Source: Chrysomallon squamiferum (lineage: Eukaryota; Animalia; Mollusca). From it: a stretch of 64,000 nt of DNA. Both the position numbers and the translations under genes were made by a program. A model generated the notes under the pieces. That model searched no databases, was not told where the DNA came from, and saw only the letters and a list, made by a program, of their open reading frames with translations. How positions within the stretch are numbered: the first letter of the stretch is position 1; each line of letters starts with the position of its first letter. Below are positions 1 through 13,179 of this stretch, in pieces. The DNA is taken from positions 13,454,001-13,518,000 of the forward strand of contig CM022671.1 of NCBI GenBank assembly GCA_012295275.1. Direction: 5' to 3'.

Positions 1-916
1 AAACAATTCAAACAAACATGTTGTGTAGCAACTGAATTAAATATAATACTTTATTTATTAAAAATATAAAGTATTATGAAAGATGCAACATCTAGAAGTG
101 TGACACTGGAGAATTATTTATTTTTTATTTTTTTACACAACAGAATATACAGTATAAAACATAGTACAACTAGTATATGCTAATATAACAAAATATAATG
201 TAAATTAATGTGTTAAATAATAGAAGTCTCCAGATGATCAGTAGAAAAAACAAACACCCAAAACATGAAAAAAACCTATAAACATGTTCAACATATTCCT
301 AGTAGTAAATATTTGTCATATAAATACAAAGTGTAAGATAAAATATCGACTTTCAAGAATTTATGGAAATGCACTCTATATCAAACTCTAAAGTATTATT
401 CAAAAATGAATGATACATGTTTAAAATTTAAAATTACAGAGTTTACATTTAGCATGAATTTGATTACTACTGAAACATCAGGCTATACAATTTTTTATTT
501 TTTAAAAATATGTGAACAAATATTAATACAATAACTTGTATAAATTAAATATATAGGAATATTAAAGGAACTTGGTGATGATTTTAAGATGACAAATGAA
601 CGAATGTGACACATCATCAAAAACAAGAATGTTTCTGTCTCAGTAAATAACTTGATAAACTGCTCACCAGTTTACATTCTAACATGAAAAGTTTGATACT
701 TAGTAAGTACTTCATTTGTTATTATCAGCTTTGTTAGTAAAGACTACATTTAATATTAAAAGATTAGACAACTGTGATAAATAACAAACCAATTTTATGT
801 TCTAAATGAAATTAAGAAAATAACAGAACAAAGTAAAAATATTAAAATACTATCTCTGCAATGAATAACATCATAAAAGATAAACCATGCAATATAATAT
901 TATGTAAATTAATCTA

Positions 917-1709
917 CCGTATATACTTGTGTACAAGGCGACCTTATGTATAAGTCGATGTGTATTTTAAGACCAAAAATTGCGTCATTTTAGGTATTAC
1001 TTGTGTATAAGTCGACTGTAGATTCCAGGCACCGTCACTATTTTTAGACCAGTGTGACAGTGCCATGAAGGCCTACATTGTACGCCTACTGTAATATAAC
1101 TTGCACGAGCTGTAACTTGCACGAACATACCATAATAACGTAAATGCATGTATTACACGAGCTATAGCCTAAATGTATCATAAATAGTATCTCTTTAATG
1201 TAATAGGTCTAACATGGAGACCTAACTTACCGTTATATTTAGTTGATTTGTCGATAGTGGATATTAATGATGATTGCAATATTATTTCACCAAATTCTTT
1301 ACAATTACACAAGTGAGTTTTGTTTATGAAATTAGGACCGATATTTAGTGCAATTTGGCAGAGAAGTCTGCATTCCTAGATCACTGCAAGACGCCGTAAG
1401 GCATAATGCCGTACTGACAGTTTTCTCGCTTTAAAATGTATTTTTATGTCATTAAACGGAAGAATATCATGTTTTACATTCATATTTGGTTTTGTTATTT
1501 AATTTTTCCCAATTTTTTATATGATAAAATTATATTTTTGAAAAGCTGAAAGACCGCGATTATTTTAGATGCATCCCGTAGCAAAAAATAGTCAAAATGG
1601 CGACTCTACAGCAACAGCTACAAATGCATTACCTATGTATAAGTCGACCCCCAAAATATTACCTTAATATAGTCTCCCAAAAATTCGACTTATACACAAG
1701 TATATACGG
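917..1709. mobile_element. Non-autonomous Tc2/pogo-type DNA transposon (MITE)
   Basis: Left end CCGTATATACTTGTGTACAAGGCGA matches the reverse complement of the right end (CCGTATATACTTGTGTATAAGTCGA). Both ends are flanked by TA. Subterminal repeats TGTATAAGTCGA occur at ~947, ~1004 and ~1636. No transposase ORF. Confidence 0.85.
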
Positions 1710-2003
1710 TAATACATTTATTGTAACAAGCTTTGCATTTATGAGCAATCTAATGTTTGTCTTGTGTGCTGATTAAACTGAGTTTTGAAATTAATTTTAT
1801 CAATAATTCTTTAAAAGGCCTTTTCACAAATAAATGGAAAAACCCAACCAAAACAAATAATAATAAACAAAAAAATATTTGTTGAAAATTATTATCCATT
1901 ATCAAATGAACACTTGTATTGTAAGATCATTTAGAAATATGTAAACAAATAACAACAGCATGAATTCCCTCCTCCAATAAAAGACTGTTTGTTGATTCTC
2001 TCC

Positions 2004-4421
2004 TCATAAAGTCAGTGACAGGTAACTTCTCAAACTATTGCTCTCAGTTAGTGGTGTTATCTCACTAAGTGTTTGACGAAAACTTGCTCTTTTCCATCCA
2101 TAAATAACAGAATTAAGAAAACCTTGCAATGGTCCAAATATTGCCTGAAAAACAAAAATCCATTACACAAAAATATTTTATAAAACTGAAAGTGATCAAG
2201 AGTTTTTGGTTCATTTGGTTTTTCATTTCAATCATTAATCTGTAATCTATAATCAAATTTATTTTTGCCATAGAGCTCTGAAAAATGTTTCTGTATTTGA
2301 AAAAATAATAATAAGAAGAATAATAAAAATAGAACTTTCAACATGATGACTTACCAAAAACAATATAAAAGATAAACAATGTGAAAAAAAGAAAGATTTA
2401 AACTGTATCCACAACAATATTTTAACATGGATAAGACGGTTTCTTTGAAAACAAAATATTATTTCAAAATAATGAAAAAATGCCTTGAACATAATGGCTA
2501 AAAAGCTCATTTATAATAATAATATTATTACCTGTAAAATGTAAAGCCAGAAAAAATTTGTCATATGAAAACTTGGCACAAAGGAGGCTATACCTAACAC
2601 TAAGGCTGAAAAATAAATTCTTACATATATTATTTTCTTATATTGGACACAAAATAATCCTGCAGTTTTTCTCTTTAAAAGTATGGACGAAAAAAAAAAG
2701 AGCTTTTCTTAAAGAATTCAATTTCAAAATTTAGAAATGCAATGGTAAGGACATTTCATTCAAGTCCTTTATATATTAATTTTTATACTATCTGATTTGA
2801 TTAGATATATTTGTCTATCTTAAAATCTTGCTGTTAATTTTTCCTAGGAATTATGTAAATAACTAAAATAACTGTTTCTCTTATTCCATTCTTTTTAAAA
2901 AAGAATTTGGTAAGAAATAATATTCAGTACTTGGACCAATCAGACACAACAAGATATGAAGGTCAATGACAAAACTTACTTGGTAACCAGGTGATTACAA
3001 ATACCGACTGATACAAAATGGCCTTTTTTCTGAGTGAATGCTCCTCCTGATGCTCATGAACATCAAGGAGACCTATAACAAAAGGTGTAAATATTTCAGT
3101 AAAAAACACAACAGAAAAAGAATAATGAAACATCATCCCTATAACTAATCCACCAAATGGATATTTTTTGGAAGACAAGTAGTATTTAGACTGTCCTTCT
3201 GTAATGTTAGTCCCAACTGTTATTTTTCTTTTATTTAATTATTATTATTTACATTTATTTATTTATTTATTTTTTATTTTATTTTATTTTTGGGGGGGAT
3301 CAATTTTGACTTAGTTAAAAAGACTTCGTGGTACTTATTAACATAATAAAACAAAAATAAATTTACAGAGATCATGTTAAAAAGTTATTTTCAATATTTT
3401 GTGCAAGAATCAAAATTCAAATAATTTCATAGTACCTCTTCTAATGAAAACCTGTCTGTAAACTTTACCAATAAAGACGTACAGTGACTGAAAGATTAAT
3501 AAAAGCAAATAAACAGTAAAACAAAAGTAAATAGTTTAACATTAATAAATAAAAAGAAAAGTTAATTGGAAATAAATATTAAAAACACTGAATTCTTACA
3601 ATAATAATTTTTTTTTAAATAAAAATAAAAATGATAGTAATAAAAAAAATTAAGAAAATAGATTTAATAAAATTCACAGAAACTATTAAGTTTAGAATTT
3701 CTAATGAATTCAACCCTGGCCTAGCTCACATATATATGTTTTAGGTCTCTGCTATAATGCTACTTAAATTATTTTGAAGATTACTCAGTAGAAAACAACA
3801 GTAATGATATCTGAAAAATTAAGTTTACTATTAATTAATATTATCGGTAAGTTAGATGTAAGAATCTAAATAAAATAAGCAGGAACATACCATATTAACG
3901 AGAAACACCAAAATAAGAGGAATCAGAAAAACTACTTTGTAAGCTATATGCCATGAAATGCCATTGTGAACCAGACTCTGCAAAGAACAGACATTTTTTT
4001 AGTCGGATAAAAGAGGAAACCTGCCACCAAATTCACTGGCTATTAAACTCTTATCACTGAAGAAAATCAACATTGTTATTAAGCTACTTACCATTTTACA
4101 CTTTATTTATTAGCAGAGTTTGTTATCTTCAGAATAAACTCAAATTTGTAAAGATGGGCTCCTCTGGTGATTATGAATATCTAAAATATTATCCTGTGAA
4201 TCTCTCAATCATATATGCTATACCTAACAAAACTTTGAAGAACAAGAAAAGAAAAGAAGAGAAGAATTACTTAAGAAAGATAATTCTTTATTGAAGACCA
4301 TTATAATAACTGTCACAGGGTACAAGCTTTTTCAAACATAAGTAACTGCACAAGAAAATCATAATTACAGAATTCTCTTACATAAAAACAGCAAAGGTAA
4401 TTAAGTAGTTTATCTTTACTC

Positions 4422-4457
<36 letters not shown>

Positions 4458-7400
4458 TGGCACCGTGACTTACAAGTTTCATTCGTTCTGTGACTGAGCT
4501 CGTAACTCAATTTGTTCATATATCAAATCAATTTTCCTATATGAAATTAACTGAAATATCATTAATTCACTCCAGCGCCCCAAAAACCACCCCAATTTGT
4601 GGTGGTGTGTTTTTAAATAAGATAAATGTATTTATAAATAACAAATATTGTATAAAACAACACAAAAGAGAATGTAAAGAAATAAATTGGTTTGGTAGTG
4701 TACTGGGTTAGGGTTTCTCCATCTTTTCATGGACAGAGGTCTGCAGCTTGTACATTATTTTAACTCCTTTGGCTGGAGTTATAACCTTTATGAACTCCTT
4801 CTGCTTCAGTATGGTACATATTGCAGAAGTACTATGTTCATACTACCTAGCCATGTTGACTAAATACATGCATGCTCATGTTTTTCTATGATTTCATGCT
4901 TTAATTCAATGGACATCATCTGCTTCTTCTTCTCAGGACTGTCATTTGCACTTACTTTCTTAGGATCCATGGAAATTTGGCAAAATACTGCACAAAACGT
5001 TAGCACAACACAACAGAGATGCTTCCATGGTGAGGTAACCATGCGAAGCAAGCGAGACACGGGATGCTGTGCAGATGTTGTGTTTTTCATTGTGCCAACA
5101 GCGGCAGCATATCTGAAGCCTGCTTGTAACTCAGATTCTGGCTCGCAACTCAAAGCAAAAAACTGACCAGGTGATTACTGATAATTCGGAAAAAAACACA
5201 TAAGTTGAGGTACCACTGTATATATATTTTAAATTACCCCCAATGTGTAAAACAAATATTGAAATATTTCATTTACCCAGCAGCTGTTTTCAGTATAATG
5301 GAAGATGGGCAAACATCTGAAATGAAAGAATTGAATATCAGTGCATTCATTATTGATAAACTGTAGCAATTAATAAACAGATATAATAATAAATAAATAA
5401 TATATATAAATCTACTTGTTGTGAATGATTGCACAGAAAGTTACAGAAATAACAATTTTTATAAAATAATCCTTCTTGCTAATCAGTTTCAGAATATTGC
5501 TATGTATTTCAGAAGAGAGATTATTTGTACACCACTCATTCACATGCCCAAACAGATAAATTTTAGTAAAGCTGACTAAAAATTGGGTCAGGTAATTTTT
5601 CATGTTGTTTTGTGTTTCTAGCAATATCAATGCCTGTAATGAGCAGTCAGCAGCAATATATGCAGATGTTAAATTCTCCAATTTTGTATTCATTGTTGAA
5701 GCAGGTTGATGTGCAAAATGTTACTCCATCCTGGGCAATCACTTTGGCAATCTCAATTCATATTGCAGATAAAAGGTAGATGATGTTTCTAAAACATTAC
5801 ATAGATCAGAAACAGTAGAGGTGAAAACTCTTGATTTTGAAAAAGAATTGCATAATTTAAGACTTGAAACAAGTCAAAGCAGAGTTAAAACTGAGGAAAT
5901 AATAAATGCTCTGATTGACAGAGTACTACATGCTGAATTACAGTTTGGCTGTTTAACTGACAGTTTGGTTCTAACAGAAGAGGAAAATAAAGCACTTAAA
6001 GGTGAAAAGTCCTGTTCAATGAGAAACAATTTCATTTTCTCCAATATACAAGAGAAAGAGAACAAAACTCCTGAGTGGACATTTTACGAGAATTTCTAGA
6101 AGTTAATTTAAAAATGGGAAAAAAAATGAAGTCATAAACATCAATTTTTTTTCAAAAAAGAAATATTATATTTGACAATTCTTCTAAATGTAATACATAT
6201 AAGCATTTAATAAAAGACTGTACTTGTAATACTACCTAAGGATATCTTTGTCTAATTCTTTTACTTTTCTTGTTACTACATTTTTTGAGTTTCTCATTTC
6301 CTGTTGAAAAAGACAGAAATCATATATTGAAAGATCAAACCAGAAATTTCAAACGTGTAATGGGAATGTTGTGGAAAATGAATACCATTTTATTATAAAA
6401 TATCTTTTGTATATGAATTTAAGATTGTTATATATATTAATGAAGATTATTTGAAACTGTCTGTATTTAAACCAGTTGAGCTATTGTCATTTGAAAATAG
6501 AAAATAATTATATAATTTCTTTAAAATGCCTTAAATATTTGCTCTTGATGTATATAACTATCCATCCTCCAATTTTTGTACCATTTCTCACCTGCTTATG
6601 TTTCTTTATTTTTTATATGAATTGTAAGCTTAAAGCTATTAAACAATAAACAATAGCCACTGAAAAGCCTGCTTATTACATAAAATGGTTTATGTAACTG
6701 AGAAGTTTTAGTCATAGCTATAATACAATTAAATCATAGAGTGATCAGTATTATGCTGGTTGAGAAACAAAAAAACAAAGAAAAAGTATTTTGGTCATCA
6801 CATTAATAAATATATATGCATTTCTTGCAGTGCTGGGATGGCACATAATTTTTATATGGCATTAATTTCATGTTTTACAGTATATATATGTATATCAATG
6901 TACTGAAATTAAACAAAAATCTTTTTATCTTACTGCAGTATTCAGAACATACTTGAAAAAGTAAAGATTCACTTACGTGGAACAATGAGTGAATATTATA
7001 TCAACTGATGAACCATTCTGAATAGGAATGCTATCTCTGTCAACAAAATGAGTGAAGACAAGTAGAACAATACCAACAACAAGAGGGAACACCCTGCAAC
7101 AAACAGGTTAAAAAAATAATTATAAAAATAAGTAATTTAAAATAGAATTTCAGAAAAATGTTTTTTGGGGTTTTTTAATGTCTCTTGAATATAAACTGAA
7201 CTTTATGTATTGAAATTATTGTATTGAACTGTTAAAGTGATCACAATTAAGGATATTTCACTAATGAACACAAATGATGAGGTATATATCATGTTCCTTT
7301 GCGAAAAAATAAACAATAGTGAGTATTTAGCTGAACTTTTACAAATGAAAATATTACACTACCAAAATGCTATACATACCAACAGATTACATAAACAAGA

Positions 7401-9651
7401 TGCATGAACTGGTAACTGACTGGTCTTTTCTGAAAACAAATAAAGCCATAATGAAAATATTGTTTAGAAATATTACATTATGATTACATAAAACAAGAAG
7501 TACAGGTAAAATCCCTTTATCTAAAAAACTCTAACATCCTAAACTTTTTTGAGCAACCAAGATTGCAATATAGTATTGTTTTCTAATAATGTAATATTAA
7601 TAAATAATAAATATTTAAAAATATGATATAATATACCTGTAGTCTATCTGTACAAGCTATATACAAAAATACAAATGAGTTTAATGTTTACACTTTTATC
7701 ATATTTTAAGACCATCTCCTCATACACTAAAATCCAAAACATTTTTGGTCTCAGGCATTTCAGATAAGAAATCCTCAACATGTAATTAAAGAAAAAACTA
7801 ATTTTAATCTGTAAAATTACCATTTGTAAAAAAATGTAGTATATGCAGATCTCTTTATTGCTTATAAATAATTGCACTTGATGCTAAAAGTGAGTTCTCA
7901 CTCTGCAATAAGTTATGATGTAAGAATCCTACATCCAGGAAGAGGCAAAACAAGATTTCTCTTTCATATTATATTAATGAATATTATTTCAGTCTTAAGC
8001 TTTAAAATATTAAAAAATTATTTTATTAAAATATAACTAAAATCATATTTTGTATCTGATTTAAAAAAAAAGTTTTAAAATTATTACATTAAAAAACATA
8101 AACCTACAATTCTAGAGTCACTGTTGCCAGTGTTGGTTGATTGACTACCAAGGTGTAAGCGAATCCTAAGATAGGCTTCCAAAGCATAGGCCATCGTTAG
8201 AAAAAATGTACTGATAAAAAAGCTCTGAAAATATATTAATTAAATTATTAAAGCATTGTTATATATTTATCTTGTATGGCTGAACAATGGATTAGCATAT
8301 GTTTTCCCAAAAATAAAGATGCATAAATACATTATGACAAAAAAGTAAAATAAACTGAAGGTATATCTACCAGTCATAAATTATCCTTGTAACAAGCTAC
8401 AAAAAATATATAGAAGTTATGACAAAACTTTAGAAAAAAAAAATTAAAAATTAAAGTAGACTTGAAGAAAATTATAATAACAAAATACCGTCATGACTGC
8501 TGAAAGATAATCACAAAAACCAACTGAGCCAGGAAAGCTGACGGTATTCAACATGAATAAAATAGTACTTATTCCAAACATAGTTGATGCAAGTAGATCT
8601 GCAACTGACAACTGGAACAATGGATATACCTGAAAAACAAAACATTTTGCATCAAAGAAATAATTATTTAAAAAAAATAAATGGAGGTTAAAAAAATTAT
8701 AAAATGGAATGCTAACTTTAGAAAATTTGTATACAACTGTGTTGTTGCATCCAGATAGTGGATTTAAAAAATATTCTACCTATGACACTGACATCATACT
8801 CAATTTCGTTTTTAGTTGTAAACCACCGAATACTGACAGTCCTATTTATCCCCACAAACTGTTTACAATTATTTCAGTTATTTTCGTAACTGGATTAGCA
8901 CATATGACTTTATGTCCATAATAACTATAAAATTTCATTTTACTACAATCAGTTATTATAGTCCATAAGAGACAAAAGTCTTTACCTCTGAAACACACAT
9001 CTTATACTGACAAAGTGAGCACATAATTACTGAACCAGATCCAAGAAAGCTGAAATACAGAAACATTAAATGAAACATTTAAAATTATTTTTATTCCATA
9101 ATCAATTAATATTAGTAAGTAAAATATAGGTCTGACCTCACTAATCTGGCAGCATTAATGATTTATAATAGCAATTTGAAACTACTGATCATTAGATAGC
9201 ATGAATGCAACTAGGTTTGCAGTAGCACCATCAGTACCTCATATTGTTTATGTTTGCCAAAGTTTATTTACAGTAATTGAAGCAGCTATAAGCAGCACTG
9301 ATATTTTAGTGTTAAATATATTATCCCAGCAAGTAGTGCTGGTAATGCATCAATATGTATTCATGTGACATTAAGACTGCAAAAACTAGGACAGTCATTT
9401 AATCATAAAGAACTCCAGAACAAAGTTTCTGCCTTTATAAGCTGTATCAGTATCAGTAATACTGTACTGTAAATTCATTATTTTGTCATTCTTTTACCTT
9501 AAGTTTCACTGGTTTTAAAAATCAGCACCTATTTTGTTCCACACTTGCCAGATTAACGAGGTCCAACCTGTATATACTCTGTAATAAAAATTTAACTTAA
9601 CAGAAATAAATACATGAAAAAAATAAAGTTTATAATTTAATACCTACAGAT

Positions 9652-9692
<41 letters not shown>

Positions 9693-9715
9693 TATGGCTG
9701 AAACTTAATGACCAT

Positions 9716-9746
<31 letters not shown>

Positions 9747-10324
9747 TAGAGAAGACAATCAGAAACAAAATTGGAGAATGAAAGAAATGGATAATAGAGA
9801 AAGAAAGAAAAAACTGACAAATCTAAGGAATAATTAAATTACTAGATAAAAAATATTTTTCTAGTACAGTTTTTACCTTAGAGAAGACGTAATCATATTC
9901 AAAATGCTTATAATGTTCATCTGGAATGAAACAGTAAAAACTATTTCATTTGATGGTCTAAATAACATGGAAATTAAAGTAACTGTATTATTAAATTGTG
10001 ACTGAAACAATTCATTGAAATTTTATTAAAAGTAAACAAAATTAATTAGAAATACGTATTGATGGTTTTACTGATATTGATAATGGTATTAATATGATGA
10101 AACCTACATTGCAACACTGCACTGCTGAGCTGAATATAAAATATCTTAAAAGTAAATGAAGAACGATAGTGACTACCCACAATATTTTGTTTTCATTCAT
10201 TTATTTATTTTATATTTATTAATATTAGTATTATTATTTTAAATCTCAAAATGTTATTATTCTCCTTTATTTAATAAAATACATTTACCTCTTCTTGAGT
10301 TAGTAAATATTTATCATCATTCAT
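2004..10324 (-). CDS. TMEM116: TMEM116-like 7-TM protein (cAMP-receptor-like GPCR fold), 13 coding exons
   Basis: Phase-consistent GT-AG exons (approx.): 10289-10324, 9877-9920, 8986-9049, 8489-8629, 8108-8224, 7380-7429, 6978-7093, 5277-5316, 3891-3977, 3436-3487, 2980-3072, 2532-2605, 2004-2144. Translation: MNDDKYLLTQEEMNIISILNMITSSLSFLGSGSVI...VYPLFQLSVADLLAS...FFISTFFLTMAY...YQSVFVITWLPT...LYILQAIFGPLQGFLNSVIYGW. These motifs match TMEM116 as recalled (RPLFYLSFCDLL; QALTATSQGLLNCGVYGW). Confidence 0.8.
4455..5218 (-). mobile_element. Tigger/pogo-family internally deleted DNA transposon, copy 1 (TMEM116 intron)
   Basis: TIRs CAGTGGCACC... and ...GAGGTACCACTG with TA on both sides, next to a (TA)n tract. 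Minus-strand remnant MDPKKVSANDSPEKKKQMMSIELKHEIIEKHE resembles the CENP-B-type HTH N-terminus of Tigger transposases. A homologous copy lies at ~51 kb. Confidence 0.85.
5700..6650 (+). mobile_element. Degraded non-LTR retrotransposon (ORF1 piece joined to ORF2 3' end)
   Basis: ORF 5821-6099 is coiled-coil-like and ends SMRNNFIFSNIQEKEN, resembling the LINE ORF1/Tnp22 motif SMRxNLIFxGIPE. At ~6300-6440, PVEKDR...CNGNVVENEYHFIIKYLLYMNLR resembles the C-terminal zinc knuckle of LINE ORF2. AATAAA at ~6645. Boundaries are approximate. Confidence 0.55.
7503..7782. mobile_element. Tigger4/MER46-like MITE
   Basis: Imperfect TIRs: CAGGTAAAATCCCTTTATCTAAAA and, on the reverse strand, CATGTTGAGGATTTCTTATCTGAAATGCCTGAGACCAAAAATGTTTTGGATTT. 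TA-flanked and similar to Tigger4-type termini as recalled. Confidence 0.6.
9127..9570. mobile_element. TA-flanked MITE (Tc1/mariner-pogo superfamily)
   Basis: Left end TAGGTCTGACCTCACTAATCTGGCA pairs with the reverse-complemented right end CAGGTTGGACCTCGTTAATCTGGCA. TA on both sides. Confidence 0.65.
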
Positions 10325-10587
10325 TGTCAAACACTGAAAACAATCCAATAACAGGTGTCAGTGTTTCTGATGTCTAACATTCGCAGAAATCAAGGCTGGA
10401 CTGAAATAAAAACACTTTCAGTCTTCCGCTCGTGACGTAATTTCGAATTTTACCGAGAGGGTATCGAATCGGAAACCTTCGGAATGGTTGAACTTTGACC
10501 GTCGTCATAACGACCTAATATTTATCGTATATATATATACATATTTATTTTTATACAGGATTTGTAGTTACGCCGAAAAAGAGCAAA
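10325..10587. promoter_or_regulatory. Bidirectional promoter between TMEM116 and PIERCE1
   Basis: 263 bp between divergent ATGs, locally rich in CpG. Contains CRE-like TGACGTAA (10433), DR1-like TGAACTTTGACC (10489) and X-box-like GTCGTCATAACGAC (10501-10514). Confidence 0.7.
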
Positions 10588-12716
10588 ATGTCAACTACAC
10601 AAGAAATGGAGCAGGTAATATTTTATGTTTCTGTATAATATATTGTAATATATTTACCACACCACGTTTTGTTTTGTTGTTTTTTTAATTACACAGTAAC
10701 TGTCACAGTGCTGCGTCCAAAGATGCTACAGCCATATTTTCAAATTAAAATGTGAACATATTGCAAAACGTAAACATGTTTCATCATTCTAGTTAGCTGA
10801 TGGCTAAGATTAAAATAAAATTCCGTGGGTGTTAAGTATATGAATAATAAAATTATAATCTGATAATATTAAAACAGTTTTGTTTATAAGTATGCATTTT
10901 ATTGAAAATAAGACGATAAACTGATAAACATTTTTTATCATTATTCATTTAATGTACATTCTGTATAACATCGTATTATGTTACTTTCTTGTTAATTAAT
11001 TTTAACATTTACACGTCATTTTCTTTGTAATAAATGTGTCTAGAGAAATAATTTTAATATCATCTGACTGAAACATTTTGGTAAATAACTAAAAATAAAT
11101 AAAAGTAGCAGAAAAAAATTAAAGAACAATTTTATAAGACATACGGTTTCTGTTTCATATTTTACATTATGTTATTATCAAAGGACATTCACATACTTTT
11201 TGTAAAAAATATGGAATACTGTTATCCAATAGAGGGGTATTTAAATAATGTAATAAATAGGATAAAAGATAATTAGCAACAGTTGTTTTTACTATGTTAA
11301 ATGTAAATGTTGATCACATATATTTATATCACTGACATTGTTTTTATTATTTATTTTAATTAGGCAACCTGTCAAGGTGATGTTGAACTTGGACCTGGTG
11401 GAGTACCCAAAGGTGCAAAAACATCTGATTATTACAGAACCAAAAATATACCAACTCGATTTGATAATCCAGGTATGTAAAATTGAAAAAAGTAGAAAAG
11501 ATAAATAACTGAAATAATCTGGTACATGTTTCAGTTTTAAATTTGTAACTGTTTTCTGTATTTGAAATAAAAAAGAAATAAAATTAGTTTTTTAATTTTT
11601 TTATTGTTATTACTATTATTAGTTATACTTTTTTGGATTTCATTTTTAAACACAAATTGCTGTACAAAATTATTCCATTTTTATTTAACTTGGCAGAATG
11701 GTTCAAAATACCGGCAACTAAACCACAGCATCCAATGTACAGAACAACTGCTCAAGAATATGGATCAAAAGTTCCAACGGTTCACACCATGCCAACATGT
11801 TTTTATGCAAAATCTCAACAGTTTTCTAAGGTTTGTTATCTTGTTAACTCCATTAACTGACTTGCCTTTCTCTTTTATTGCCATTAGAATAGTATGTGAT
11901 AAGGGAAGTTTCATAGCTAGTTAATCACCGACAGTTGTAGAATAATAATCAAATATAATATATATTTATTAAAGTATATTTATTATAGCACATAAATGAA
12001 ATACATTTTGTTTACATGAATGTTTTATTTGACAACACACAACATATGGTTACTGGGCAAAAAAGAAATTAATTGTTTATATATATTTCCAAGTGAAGTT
12101 ATAAATTTGTCCATTATAGTGTATAAAATAACATTACATAAAATAGGAAAATGGCAGACTTTATTCATGCTTATTATTTTATTGAATGTTTTCATTAGCA
12201 TAGATGTTTACTATTGCACAATAATAAATAAATAAATAAATAAATAAAACATTTTAAATCACAGTAAATATAATATACATAAATTGATTATATATGCAAC
12301 GCTTATATTATTACAGATACATTTTAATGTTTAATTTTAGAATGAGCTATGTGATTTGAAAATATATAATATAATTCATGTTTTTTGTTCTATAAAAGAA
12401 AAATATATCACCCACATACACTTAAACAAACAAGAAAAAACAAAATGAAGGAATATAATCTTCATATACACAGAAATGTGAAAAAAATAATTCAAGAGAA
12501 AAACAAAATAATAATCCAAATATAAAAAAATAAGCATGGAATAGTAAAATTTATTGTACTATACGCTGTAACTATGTTCTTAACAGTTATCAGTTTATTG
12601 TATTTAATACTTTTAATTATTCATTTCTTTACTTATGTATCTTTCAGCATCTTGGAACATGTGGAATGTACAGAAATCATTCTCTGAACACAGCACTTGA
12701 TGAAAGTGTAATATGA
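10588..12716 (+). CDS. PIERCE1: Piercer of microtubule wall 1 (C9orf116/UPF0691, ciliary microtubule inner protein), 4 exons
   Basis: Exons 10588-10614, 11364-11472, 11697-11830, 12648-12716 splice in frame: MSTTQEMEQ...KTSDYYRTKNIPTRFDNPEWFK...MYRTTAQEYGSKVPTVHTMPTCFYAKSQQFSKHLGTCGMYRNHSLNT. This matches C9orf116 motifs as recalled (TSDYYR, RFNNP, YRTSNQAYGSRAPTVHEMP). Confidence 0.9.
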
Positions 12717-13179
12717 AAAATTAATGCATACATAAGATATTTAGATGTGCAGTTAATATCATAATTTGTGAAAAAGTAGTTGCCTTCTGATTAATAGTGC
12801 AAACAGTTCACATGCCATTTTGATTAACTGTGCATTATTGTTTTACAGTTTGTTACAAATTATTTTACTTTATATGGAAAACATATCATCAGTGTACCTT
12901 TTTGTTATTTTTAACATAAATTATTACATGTGAAGTTGTATATTGTGAATGGTTATTTTGCTTATAACAAAAATAAAATAAAATTTTATTTGAGACCGTT
13001 TTTGTTTTTTATTGATACATATGTATTAAACAATTTCAGAAATTTATTTATTTATATATTTATAATTAGAAAAAATCATACAGTATATTGTTCCCTTTAT
13101 TTTACAGGATAAAGAAGCGAGATATATAACACATAAAGACATTAAAATTAATTTTAATAATTCCTATCCTTTGTTAATT

